Assembly: GCA_000004985.1 (NCBI GenBank)
Contig: GG738924.1
Reading direction: 5' to 3' (one strand)
DNA length: 64,000 nucleotides
Origin: Naegleria gruberi
Lineage: Eukaryota
The notes beneath the pieces are model-generated. The model made no database searches. It was not told the DNA's origin and saw nothing but the letters and a program-made list of their open reading frames with translations. Both the position numbers and the translations under genes were made by a program. This document shows positions 54,348 through 64,000 of this stretch, one piece after another. The first letter of the stretch is position 1, and each line of letters begins with the position of its first letter.

Positions 54348-55889
54348 ATGAGTAATAATAGCACATCACAACAGAAGAAACGAAAATTCGAAACCAACCG
54401 ATATATGGTTGTTTTTGAGGAGTTGCTGAGAGCTCCAGAAGCAAGAGAAAATTTCAGAGGTTTTCTCAAACTGGTTCATTGTGAGGAACCTCTTCAATTG
54501 ATCGATGCCATTGATTCATACAGAACCGAACATAAAAAGCTAATAGATAATATTGATGACAGTGCTTCCGATTTTGATTTTCAAGGTTTTAAAAAGATAC
54601 TACTCCTTGTGAATCAACTTGAAAATATTGTAAATACCTTTGGATTGGAAGATTCTATTGAAAAGTTTTCACATTATTATATGGGTGCTTGGACTCGTAC
54701 ACTGAATCTCTACCATCTTGTAACACTAAAATTGGAATCCATTTCCAACTCTAACAAAACTAACAACAAGCAAATATTTGAAATTTTAGAAATTTTAAAT
54801 CCTTCCAATATTTTGGAAGATGTAGAGACAAAGGCAATTCTTGATTTGAAATATGATGAATTTCCAAGGTATGCCAGGTCGAATACGCTTCACTTGTTTC
54901 TTGTACGAAAGGGTGAAGAATATACGAGAAGAATTGCTATTAATATTGCTAACGATTTTTATGTAGATATTAGATTTAAACCTAAAGATTTTGAATCTCA
55001 ATTAATGACTGATAAGGATGTTTATTTTGCTTATACATTGAGTGAAGATACACCTGATTGGAAAGAATTAACTTGTAGCGAGAAACCTAACTTTTTACAG
55101 ACCTTTGTTTCAAAAACAGTTTATTCAATAGGACCAGACGAAATGAAAGGAATGAGATTATTTAAATTGGTAATGCATCTGCCCTATGCAGTTGAAGATG
55201 TTTGGGCTACGTATTGTGATATGAATACACGATTCAAACTTGATCACACTCTCATGAAAGATTTCAAATTGCTGAGATATATTCCACCACATCAGAAGAA
55301 ATCAAGTGAGCAACGAGATTCCATTTCATTTTATGAGATATTTGATGAGAGAGATAATCGATACACTGTGGATAAACCACCACTTGCCATTCAGATTGGA
55401 GCTCTGGGTATTGAAATGCACATTCCACTATTGAAACACAGAGACTTGCCACATACAATGACTTCACTTTATGATCCCTCGGTGAATTGTTACATGAACA
55501 TTGGTCACACGTGCAAGATTGAGGAATCACTCAGGCGTGCACCTACAGATAGAGTCAAGTCTGAAATTTTGTTCAATTACATGTTCTTTGGTACTGGAGA
55601 AAAATCAACAAGATTTATTCACACAGTGTATACAGACCTACATGTTCCTTTGGATTCTGATTTTGTTTTGAGTAAGATTTGGAAGAATAGAAGCAAACAA
55701 TTACAGGCCTCATTTGAAGAATTACTAGCAGAAAAAACCAAGGGAGGAACCATTTCCATTGACAAATCTATGGTGAATGATCATTTCAAATATTTTACAG
55801 CTGTGGAAGACAATGCCAAATTGAATAGAAAGTGGTACAGAGATTATTTGAGAAAGAAAAATCAAATGCAAATTGAATATGGTGATTGA
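54348..55889 (+). CDS. RGS-domain / START-like domain protein
   Basis: 513-aa ORF with ATG at 54348. It has an RGS-like N-terminal region (YMVVFEELLRAPEARENFRGFLKLVHCEEPLQLIDAIDSYR..KAILDLKYDEFPRYARSN) and a C-terminal START/Bet v1-like region. It resembles the RGS/START parts of the genes at 18551 and 31863. Confidence 0.65.
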   Translation: MSNNSTSQQKKRKFETNRYMVVFEELLRAPEARENFRGFLKLVHCEEPLQLIDAIDSYRTEHKKLIDNIDDSASDFDFQGFKKILLLVNQLENIVNTFGLEDSIEKFSHYYMGAWTRTLNLYHLVTLKLESISNSNKTNNKQIFEILEILNPSNILEDVETKAILDLKYDEFPRYARSNTLHLFLVRKGEEYTRRIAINIANDFYVDIRFKPKDFESQLMTDKDVYFAYTLSEDTPDWKELTCSEKPNFLQTFVSKTVYSIGPDEMKGMRLFKLVMHLPYAVEDVWATYCDMNTRFKLDHTLMKDFKLLRYIPPHQKKSSEQRDSISFYEIFDERDNRYTVDKPPLAIQIGALGIEMHIPLLKHRDLPHTMTSLYDPSVNCYMNIGHTCKIEESLRRAPTDRVKSEILFNYMFFGTGEKSTRFIHTVYTDLHVPLDSDFVLSKIWKNRSKQLQASFEELLAEKTKGGTISIDKSMVNDHFKYFTAVEDNAKLNRKWYRDYLRKKNQMQIEYGD

Positions 55890-56162
55890 GGAAATATTTT
55901 CAATAGTTAACTATTGCTTTTCCACAAACCAATTGTATAGCAAAAGAAAATCAATTTCTACCGGCATGTGTCTTCCATGTTGAATATGTTGGCTACGCTT
56001 CTGATGGATGTACCTATAATACCATAGAATGCTCATATGTTCTTGCCTCATAATGAAATAATAACTTTCGAACATTGATTAAAATTATAATAAGGATAAA
56101 GCTTTATTTTCTTTGGTCAGTTGTTTCCAAGTGAGATTTAATGTTAATTTTTATTTGGATGT

Positions 56163-57323
56163 TTACAAGCCCAATTGTTTTTTGTATTTGTAAAACTTTC
56201 CTACAATTCTGTTTCTCTCTTCTTCCAAACCGAAACTTAAATGGTTCGTATAATCATGCAGGCCCAAAATTTCCTCAATTGGAAAAGGAACATCTCCAAG
56301 TATTCTATTACAAAACCAAGCAAAGTATGTACTCTGTTCCAATTCTCCAAATTTCAATTTGTTGAATCTTTCGTCAAAATCCAAAAAGAAAGGTGCATGA
56401 ATATCAACATCTAACTTCAATGCATTGAACAGATTTTGGACTCCGTTGAGGACAACTTGATCCTCATCAAAAATTGGGAAAACTTTGTTATTAAAAGTTG
56501 CCCAAAGTCTCAAATTTGGAAATTTCACTTGAATTCTAAAGCCAACAATTTTTGGACAAGTTTTCAAAAAAACATTTACAATCCAATCCATGTTTGATTG
56601 AGTGACCATTTGTTTGGAGTTCTTGAAATGACATGTAGTTGTCTCCATTTGATTGTAAATGAAACATTCATTCTCGAAAGTTCGTTGAATTGGAACCGAA
56701 CCTATTGTTGCTGGATGATCTCCAGTTATTATTTGAGGATTTAAACGCTTATGAGTTTCGTATGCAATGAATTTCTTGAAAAAGTATTCTCTCCAGTTGA
56801 TAGTGAAAATTGTGGAGTCTGGCCAACCTTCAGCAATGATTCCTTCCCAAAATAGTTCACTTTCGTAAAGAGATTCTCTTAGGGTGGAATTGAGTTTGTA
56901 AATTCTATTAATGAAGTAATGTTCCATGCCACTAAAGGAGTAAATGATTGCCCAGCAATCTGCTGGAATCTTAGTAATGGAAAGTTTAGTTTCCATAAAC
57001 GAAATTTTTGGTTCTTCTGTAAACTCTGACAAGTCAAAACAGTCTTCTGGACGATTTCCAATCATTAACAACTCTCCAACCTTACCAAAGTCTTCTACAG
57101 AACTATCTGATGAAGTATCAGAGTCATTATCTTGTGAATTCTCTTCCTTTTCGTCTAAACTTCCATTCGAAACCTTTCTCTTCTTTGTTTGATTGAACAC
57201 CAATTGATCAACCTCTTCGCTATACCAAAGATCTTCATCCTGATAAATTTCTTCACTAGCAATGTGTTCTTCTTCGAGATTTGCAAGCTTTCTTTTGTAT
57301 TTGTTATTTTGATTGTTTGTCAT
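56163..57323 (-). CDS. Hypothetical protein with an F-box-like motif (ITKIPADCWAIIYSF)
   Basis: 386-aa ORF with ATG at 57323 and an acidic N-terminus. No other recognisable domain. Confidence 0.5.
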   Translation of the reverse strand: MTNNQNNKYKRKLANLEEEHIASEEIYQDEDLWYSEEVDQLVFNQTKKRKVSNGSLDEKEENSQDNDSDTSSDSSVEDFGKVGELLMIGNRPEDCFDLSEFTEEPKISFMETKLSITKIPADCWAIIYSFSGMEHYFINRIYKLNSTLRESLYESELFWEGIIAEGWPDSTIFTINWREYFFKKFIAYETHKRLNPQIITGDHPATIGSVPIQRTFENECFIYNQMETTTCHFKNSKQMVTQSNMDWIVNVFLKTCPKIVGFRIQVKFPNLRLWATFNNKVFPIFDEDQVVLNGVQNLFNALKLDVDIHAPFFLDFDERFNKLKFGELEQSTYFAWFCNRILGDVPFPIEEILGLHDYTNHLSFGLEEERNRIVGKFYKYKKQLGL

Positions 57324-58310
57324 TTTTTTTATTGTTGGAATTTTGTTTGGTTGTTGGTTGGCTTTTTATTCGAAAGTAATAGCACTCGATTTGGTTAATT
57401 TAAAAAGGAATACAATGACAGAAAGAGAATGATTGAGATAAATTTGGAGAGTTTAAATAAAAACGAGCAAATTTCATGTGTTTGAGATGAAAAGAATTGC
57501 AAATTCCAGAAGAAAATTACAAAAACACCAACATGTAATTCTAAAAATAAATTTCCAAATATTATACTGCCTTGCATGATGTTCGAAACAAAAACTGTTG
57601 TGTGAAGGAAAACTTTAGCGAAATCAGATATTCAAGAGTTACGAAATGACCTTGGGTCATGAATTGCCAGTTTTCTTTTTCATGAAGTTCAAGTTTTGAT
57701 CGCTCCCGAATATTTTAGAGTGTTATTGGCTTGTCAACATTTTGAACTTTACCCCTAAAAAAACCGAAATTCACCCTCAAAGTTGGGTGCAACTTTGAGA
57801 AAGTTTTGTTAATAATTCAGGGCTCGAAAAAAACAAAAAGTTAAGGGTATTTATATTTTACACAGTAATTGGTATCTAGTTTTTAGACCGTAAAAAAAGT
57901 AAATTTATTAAATTTGAACAAGTCTAAAATCAACTTGTCATTATTTGAAATCATGTAACAAAGCAACAGCTAAAGATTGGCCATCCACTCAAATAATCAA
58001 AGCTCAACTTGTTAATTACAGAAACATCAATATGACAATGTCATTAATCATCCACTCAAATTATAAATTGAAAGATCCAATTACATCCACTAATTTTACC
58101 ATGGCCATGTTGTTTCCACTTATCCAAATTCAGTGTATTTCCAATCAGATTATTAATTGCAAATAATTGTAGTAACAAAGAGAGAAAATTAATTCCAAAA
58201 TCCATCCCAAACCAGTTTTTGGATATAGGTGAATAAAAAATCGACAAAAAGCCAAATTGAACCAAAAAGCCAAAATCTAAAGCCAAAAATAAGTCAAGAA
58301 ATTTCCACTA

Positions 58311-58378
58311 CTGTGGTTACGCAATGAAGTGCAAGCAATTCTACAATGAAATGCAAGCAATTATTTTTTGAACTGCAA
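58311..58378 (+). repeat. Left 68-bp terminal inverted repeat of the pogo-like transposon
   Basis: Perfect reverse-complement match to 61452..61519. It contains internal direct sub-repeats GCAAGCAATT. Confidence 0.88.
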
Positions 58379-58552
58379 CGAATAATTTAATGAATTGAAA
58401 GTTTCTTGAACCACAATTCTTAAAATAGATCAAAGAGAAGTCACACTGTAAGATCAAGCTGTAGTTCTGCTTGTTTCGAATATTGATAATGAATTTGTTT
58501 ATTATATAAGATATTTTGTATTGTTATTAAGATGATTGATCACTCTTCATGT

Positions 58553-61315
58553 TCATTGAATTTTCTTTCCGAAAATTGAATCCTCCCATGACTCATTAAA
58601 TAATTCATCTAATTCTTCGTCATAATCGCCAAGCTCAATTTTAGAGCTCTTCTTGGGTTCAGATTGAAAACCTTCTGATTCCGAAAGTGGGCTTTGTGGT
58701 TCAAATTCTACTACATGTAAATGTTTCAATCTAGCAACAAGTATAGCTCTGTAATTTGAAATAGAAAATGGTTTGGTCATAATATCGACGGCATCAGATA
58801 GTGAAAATCCTGCTGAAAGAAAATCCATTAGTAATACACAATAATCACCACAATGATTTCCATCCACTTGAATTTTTTTTTGTAATGTTTTTCGAACAGT
58901 CTTTGGTTTTACAATAAATGATGGCAACATTTCAAATAATTCACTAGTCTCTGATTCTATCACTGAAAAATCCTTAGCGAAAGAATCAAAAAGAAACCAA
59001 TCAGTGGATTGACAATCATAGATTAGTAAGTACCAGTGTAATGATCTTGCCACAGGAAAAATTATAAATCCTTTTGATGTAAATTTCATACTCTTTGGTA
59101 AGTTTGTTTCTATGAATTTTTTGGATTGGTTAGTAACTCTTTGAGAGAAATCAGACGGTATGTATTGTAAATATTGTGAGCTGATTTTGGAAAAACAAAT
59201 TCCAAATATATCAAAAGTATTTCCAGGTAAGAATACAGTGTCATCTTTGATAGTCTCCAATGCCTCAGTAGATAAAGTGATTGAACAAGCAATTGTTTCT
59301 GTTGAAAGAACGTACAATTGTAGATTGGCAGCATTTTGTTGGATGTTATGGTTAAATTCTGTTTTGTTTTGTATGTGAAGTATTATTTTAGATATTTGTT
59401 CTACCTGTTTTTGGTCAAAATTTTCTTTCATGGAATCACTATCAATCCAAGGATTGTTTACATCATCTAAGATGGGATCTTGATCTAATTTCTCATCTGT
59501 CTCTACCTTAACTGATGGTGTAGGTAGTTCTACATAGAATTGACCAATACACATAGGATTAAATTCTCTGATATATAAATCATACAAATCATTATTCATT
59601 TTCAGTGAAGCTCTGACATACTTCAAGTATTCCTCTTCTGAATCATAATTCCAAATATCCATTAAACATTTTCTAAAACTATTTACAATCACATCTGGAT
59701 TCATGTTAGAAATAATCTGCTCAAATGCTGCATTTCTTGATTTTCTATCAGAATTAGAATTATTCTTTTTCCAATCAGCTAATTCTCTTTTTGCATATCT
59801 GAAACACATATTATCCAATGGTGATTGATGGTGCCCACCTACAGGAAGTAAAATGTTAATTCTATTATGTTGTTTCAAAATCTTTTGAACTGATTTACAC
59901 TTATGATGAGAGAGATTATCCCATAATAAAATGTCTCCTTCTTTTGAATTAGGAATATAAACTTTTTCAACCCATTGCTCAATATGTTCAATATGAACAC
60001 CAGCAATTTTTTCCTCAACAGTTACCTTATTACCATTAATAGTTGATTTCTTTCCTGGCACTGACTCAACAATAGACACTGGTAATACACCTCCTTCTGC
60101 CGTTACAGCAACTAAAAAAGTATCCTTAATATCATCAGCCAATTGTAAAACAACTGCATCATCGTCCTTGATTGGAGTATTTGTTCTTTCCGTCGCCTTA
60201 GTATTTGTTCCAGTTTCATCAAAAACCACAATTTTACTTCTATCAATGGATTTTAAATTTCTAAACATTATTGCTGCATAGAAGCAATAATAATAGTAGG
60301 TTCTATATAATTGCTCATAAGCTGTTTCAATTCTTTCTCTCTTGGTAATTGTTGTTTTGATCTTCCTTTTATAAAGAAACTTCTTGGAAAATTTGGAAAT
60401 ATAATCTACTGAAGGTGTTTTCTTTAATCCTGCAACTTCCTTCATTATTTCTCCAAGTCTTATATTACTAACTTGTTTTTTCTCACTCCGTTCCTTACGA
60501 GTAATATCAATAACCTGTAAAATTTGGTCTTTCAATAATAATGGAGGTGGGTGACCACGTTCAACCTTTAATGTTAGTTCATTCCTCTTGCATGCCGATA
60601 AATATCTGCTAAATTGTGAAGGTGAGATATTATTTTGTTTAGCAAATTCCTGTTGTGATCCACGGTCGGGTGTTGAATATTGTTCTTTATACTTCTCAAC
60701 AAGTTTAATTTGTTCTTCTCTTGTTTTTTGAACATAACCAACTTTTCTTTTGTTTTTAAACCCTATCAATACTATTTTATCATCAGGATTTTCCTTTTTT
60801 TCTGTCTCCTCCAGGTTTACCAGTTTTGCTTTCTTTGCTTGACTTTCATTGTATGTTTCTTGATTCCGTTCAACAATTAATAGGGCTTTTTTTTTGATGT
60901 TGTCTTCGAATGACTCATCTCTTTCATCCGTCTCTTCCTCAACAGAAGAACAAATTCTAGTTACCAATTTTGCTACCAGAGCATCTTTTCTAAGATTACC
61001 TCCTGTCTCTCCAAATTCACTCTTCAAAAACTCCTTCAAAAACTTGACATTTTTCATTGTCAATTGATCATGGATTGCCTCTTCCACATTCTCAAACTTT
61101 CGTTTTGTTCCTTTTTTTAGCTTCTTTGGTTTTTCTTCTTTTTTCTTGCCTGGTGTTTTTTCATCTTTCTTTTTAATGGGTGTGTTATCTGGTTGATCTT
61201 GTGTACAGGTCCATGAAGGAACTTGAGATACTGAAGGTAGCAAATCTATTAAATTGCTATAGCTGGAGAAGCTTTGTGGTGAAGTGTCATAGCTACTCGA
61301 TTGCTTGTTTGACAT
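58553..61315 (-). CDS. Transposase fusion protein: CENP-B/psq-type HTH domains + pogo DDE_1 transposase (DDD triad) + C-terminal Ulp1-like C48 cysteine protease domain
   Basis: ATG at 61315. HTH region: YSTPDRGSQQEFAKQNNISPSQFSRYLSACKRNELTLKVERG. DDE_1: KIVVFDETG .. ILLWDNLSHHKCKSV..INILLPVGGHHQSPLDNMCFRYAKREL. Ulp1/C48: HWYLLIY..D..QVDGNHCGDYCVLLMDFL (His/Asp/Gln/Cys). Confidence 0.85.
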   Translation of the reverse strand: MSNKQSSSYDTSPQSFSSYSNLIDLLPSVSQVPSWTCTQDQPDNTPIKKKDEKTPGKKKEEKPKKLKKGTKRKFENVEEAIHDQLTMKNVKFLKEFLKSEFGETGGNLRKDALVAKLVTRICSSVEEETDERDESFEDNIKKKALLIVERNQETYNESQAKKAKLVNLEETEKKENPDDKIVLIGFKNKRKVGYVQKTREEQIKLVEKYKEQYSTPDRGSQQEFAKQNNISPSQFSRYLSACKRNELTLKVERGHPPPLLLKDQILQVIDITRKERSEKKQVSNIRLGEIMKEVAGLKKTPSVDYISKFSKKFLYKRKIKTTITKRERIETAYEQLYRTYYYYCFYAAIMFRNLKSIDRSKIVVFDETGTNTKATERTNTPIKDDDAVVLQLADDIKDTFLVAVTAEGGVLPVSIVESVPGKKSTINGNKVTVEEKIAGVHIEHIEQWVEKVYIPNSKEGDILLWDNLSHHKCKSVQKILKQHNRINILLPVGGHHQSPLDNMCFRYAKRELADWKKNNSNSDRKSRNAAFEQIISNMNPDVIVNSFRKCLMDIWNYDSEEEYLKYVRASLKMNNDLYDLYIREFNPMCIGQFYVELPTPSVKVETDEKLDQDPILDDVNNPWIDSDSMKENFDQKQVEQISKIILHIQNKTEFNHNIQQNAANLQLYVLSTETIACSITLSTEALETIKDDTVFLPGNTFDIFGICFSKISSQYLQYIPSDFSQRVTNQSKKFIETNLPKSMKFTSKGFIIFPVARSLHWYLLIYDCQSTDWFLFDSFAKDFSVIESETSELFEMLPSFIVKPKTVRKTLQKKIQVDGNHCGDYCVLLMDFLSAGFSLSDAVDIMTKPFSISNYRAILVARLKHLHVVEFEPQSPLSESEGFQSEPKKSSKIELGDYDEELDELFNESWEDSIFGKKIQ

Positions 61316-61451
61316 TTTATAAATTTATTGCTTCTTCTGCTGATTGGAAGTTTTGATGTGTGTTTTGCAAGTTTCTTGATCAAAGTGGAAATTTATATTT
61401 AGACTTTCTTGCAGTTCGTCAGCAAGTAATTGTACTACATTGTAGAATTGC

Positions 61452-61519
61452 TTGCAGTTCAAAAAATAATTGCTTGCATTTCATTGTAGAATTGCTTGCA
61501 CTTCATTGCGTAACCACAG
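61452..61519 (-). repeat. Right 68-bp terminal inverted repeat of the pogo-like transposon
   Basis: Perfect reverse complement of 58311..58378, and immediately followed by TA. Confidence 0.88.
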
Positions 61520-61521
61520 TA

Positions 61522-62642
61522 AATTAAAATTGTAATATTTATTAACGTCTCTTGTATCGTAAAGACCTGAGAGACGAGGTCTACAACCAGTAAGTTTCGG
61601 TTCAGCGTTTAAGTGTTATGGGTTGACGCTAAGTGGTTGGTTAGACTGAGCCTGCCTGTGGTAGGCAGAGAGGTATTTCCTGTTAATAGTGAAGCTTGCA
61701 TTGGGACGGTTGTACCACACTGAGTTCTTGTAGCAATTTTCCAAATAAATAGCTAGTGCTTTGTAGACTTCTAGGGCCACATTCTTAGGTATTCTTTTGC
61801 GCTTAGACCAGTTAAGCCAGTCATTACGGGAGCAACGACCATCAAATTCTATCCTAAGTTGAGAGGATTCTGAGATATCAGGAGGGAAACGAATCTTGTT
61901 AAGGCTAAATTTCTGGGAGATAGCGTCCCATGTGGCATACAGTTCATCCTTTTCAGGATTGCATTTGGGACAAGTTTGGAATACGTGGGTCCAATCTTCC
62001 TTGACATTACATTTGTCACAAATACTGTCGTTACCTAGTAAAATTGAGTGGTGGAGATTAAAGTAGAGGAGTCTTTGCTGATAATAAGACAAGAGAGAGT
62101 TTCTCCAGAAGGAGAGAGTGCTATTATGCCAATTATAGTCATTGTCTAATTGGCCCAACTTATTAATAATTTTCTTGGATCGCTGAGTTTCAATGATAGC
62201 ATTTCTAAGGTTGGAGACAGGCTTGTGATTGGTACGGTTACACAAGACCCATCCATTATCTGTGGATTTGAAGTAATATTTCAGATCTTTCATTGTAGCG
62301 GCAGCATTTTTCCACAGTGAATCTGTAGTTTCACCCTTGAGCGCCTTATTTATCATGGCTCTTGCGATTTTTTGGGTGATAGGAGAGGTAGAATTGACAA
62401 ACCTACAGACAGATGCCATCCTTTCCACGTGACTTATATCAACTGGAGATGAAAGCCCAAGTCCACCCTGGGATTTATCACCATATATAACGGCTTTAGA
62501 GAGCCTGTTGTCACATCCAATTCTTTTCTTAATAATTCCACTAATTTTGACTTCCAATTTTTCCAATAGTGAAAGTGGAATAGCATCTACGCTTGAGAGG
62601 TATCTAGGTACAGAAAGCACCTTAGATAATATTACGTTCCTC
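61522..62642 (-). mobile_element. 3' fragment of a non-LTR (LINE) retrotransposon ORF2 (RT C-terminal thumb region + Cys-rich C-terminal domain), truncated by the assembly gap
   Basis: ORF 61616..62620 (minus) has no start. It continues into the N-run and contains SQGGLGL..VERMASVCRF (LINE RT C-terminal motif) and a CCHC-like cluster (ICDKCNVKEDWTHVFQTCPKC). A 3' UTR-like tail at 61522..61615 abuts the transposon TSD. Confidence 0.6.
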
Positions 62643-64000
62643 ANNNNNNNNNNNNNNNNNNNNNNNNNNNNNNNNNNNNNNNNNNNNNNNNNNNNNNNNN
62701 NNNNNNNNNNNNNNNNNNNNNNNNNNNNNNNNNNNNNNNNNNNNNNNNNNNNNNNNNNNNNNNNNNNNNNNNNNNNNNNNNNNNNNNNNNNNNNNNNNNN
62801 NNNNNNNNNNNNNNNNNNNNNNNNNNNNNNNNNNNNNNNNNNNNNNNNNNNNNNNNNNNNNNNNNNNNNNNNNNNNNNNNNNNNNNNNNNNNNNNNNNNN
62901 NNNNNNNNNNNNNNNNNNNNNNNNNNNNNNNNNNNNNNNNNNNNNNNNNNNNNNNNNNNNNNNNNNNNNNNNNNNNNNNNNNNNNNNNNNNNNNNNNNNN
63001 NNNNNNNNNNNNNNNNNNNNNNNNNNNNNNNNNNNNNNNNNNNNNNNNNNNNNNNNNNNNNNNNNNNNNNNNNNNNNNNNNNNNNNNNNNNNNNNNNNNN
63101 NNNNNNNNNNNNNNNNNNNNNNNNNNNNNNNNNNNNNNNNNNNNNNNNNNNNNNNNNNNNNNNNNNNNNNNNNNNNNNNNNNNNNNNNNNNNNNNNNNNN
63201 NNNNNNNNNNNNNNNNNNNNNNNNNNNNNNNNNNNNNNNNNNNNNNNNNNNNNNNNNNNNNNNNNNNNNNNNNNNNNNNNNNNNNNNNNNNNNNNNNNNN
63301 NNNNNNNNNNNNNNNNNNNNNNNNNNNNNNNNNNNNNNNNNNNNNNNNNNNNNNNNNNNNNNNNNNNNNNNNNNNNNNNNNNNNNNNNNNNNNNNNNNNN
63401 NNNNNNNNNNNNNNNNNNNNNNNNNNNNNNNNNNNNNNNNNNNNNNNNNNNNNNNNNNNNNNNNNNNNNNNNNNNNNNNNNNNNNNNNNNNNNNNNNNNN
63501 NNNNNNNNNNNNNNNNNNNNNNNNNNNNNNNNNNNNNNNNNNNNNNNNNNNNNNNNNNNNNNNNNNNNNNNNNNNNNNNNNNNNNNNNNNNNNNNNNNNN
63601 NNNNNNNNNNNNNNNNNNNNNNNNNNNNNNNNNNNNNNNNNNNNNNNNNNNNNNNNNNNNNNNNNNNNNNNNNNNNNNNNNNNNNNNNNNNNNNNNNNNN
63701 NNNNNNNNNNNNNNNNNNNNNNNNNNNNNNNNNNNNNNNNNNNNNNNNNNNNNNNNNNNNNNNNNNNNNNNNNNNNNNNNNNNNNNNNNNNNNNNNNNNN
63801 NNNNNNNNNNNNNNNNNNNNNNNNNNNNNNNNNNNNNNNNNNNNNNNNNNNNNNNNNNNNNNNNNNNNNNNNNNNNNNNNNNNNNNNNNNNNNNNNNNNN
63901 NNNNNNNNNNNNNNNNNNNNNNNNNNNNNNNNNNNNNNNNNNNNNNNNNNNNNNNNNNNNNNNNNNNNNNNNNNNNNNNNNNNNNNNNNNNNNNNNNNNN
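62643..64000. other. Assembly gap (1358 N)
   Basis: Run of n characters to the end of the window, directly adjacent to the repeat elements. Confidence 0.99.

Larger units (their letters stand above)
58311..61519 (-). mobile_element. Intact pogo/Tigger-like (Tc1/mariner superfamily) DNA transposon, 3209 bp, with 68-bp perfect terminal inverted repeats and TA target-site duplications
   Basis: Left TIR 58311..58378 is CTGTGGTTACGCAATGAAGTGCAAGCAATTCTACAATGAAATGCAAGCAATTATTTTTTGAACTGCAA. Right TIR 61452..61519 is its exact reverse complement. TA sits at 58309..58310 and at 61520..61521. A single 920-aa ORF lies between the TIRs. Confidence 0.88.

Noticed and set aside
57740-57800. Perfect 8-bp-stem hairpin CAAAGTTGggtgCAACTTTG in the intergenic region
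   Set aside because: It is short and isolated, with no flanking repeat structure or recognisable RNA gene context, and is likely incidental.
1-64000. CRISPR arrays, operons, rRNA genes, prokaryotic promoters and terminators
   Set aside because: None are present. Spliceosomal introns, tRNA intron placement, pol III T-run terminators and eukaryotic gene families indicate nuclear eukaryotic DNA.

Overview
This is eukaryotic nuclear DNA. It is AT-rich and gene-dense (about one gene per 2 kb on both strands), with mostly intronless ORFs plus a few short spliceosomal introns (40-125 nt; 5' sites GTAAGT, GTATGT, GTAGGT, GTAAAC). Gene content and style (a BLUF photoreceptor domain, many RGS-domain genes, few short introns) look like a free-living amoeboflagellate such as Naegleria, though that is only inference. 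Recognisable genes in order are: a DUF676-type serine esterase (runs off the 5' edge), an F-box/LRR protein, poly(ADP-ribose) glycohydrolase, an ERCC6/Rad26-like SNF2 ATPase, tRNA-Ala, a Nup50/Nup2-like RanBD FG-nucleoporin, TRAPP Bet3, a Ser-rich hypothetical, a formin (GBD/FH3-FH1-FH2), a secreted hypothetical, an RGS-START-BLUF multidomain protein interrupted by one in-frame TAG, a PMCA-type Ca2+-ATPase, a hAT-like MITE, a SAP-SWIM-RING E3-ligase-like gene, an NHL-like propeller protein, two secreted/GPI-type hypotheticals, a second F-box/LRR protein, a large RGS/START protein, a small hydrophobic smORF, a receptor-type class III nucleotidyl cyclase, a dual-specificity phosphatase, a hypothetical, a degraded alkyl-DHAP synthase (AGPS) pseudogene, an arylamine N-acetyltransferase, an intron-containing tRNA-Cys, a secreted Lys/Cys-rich repeat protein, two tandem 7TM-RGS receptors, an RGS/START protein, an F-box-like hypothetical, an intact pogo-like DNA transposon whose single ORF fuses HTH, DDE transposase and Ulp1 protease domains (68-bp perfect TIRs, TA duplications), and a 3' fragment of a non-LTR retrotransposon that abuts a 1.36-kb assembly gap. 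The most notable points are the RGS-START-BLUF candidate light-regulated RGS protein, the five RGS-domain genes within 64 kb, and the apparently active transposon. There are no CRISPR arrays or prokaryotic features. Coordinates are tied to the ORF track where possible and may be off by 1-2 nt elsewhere.
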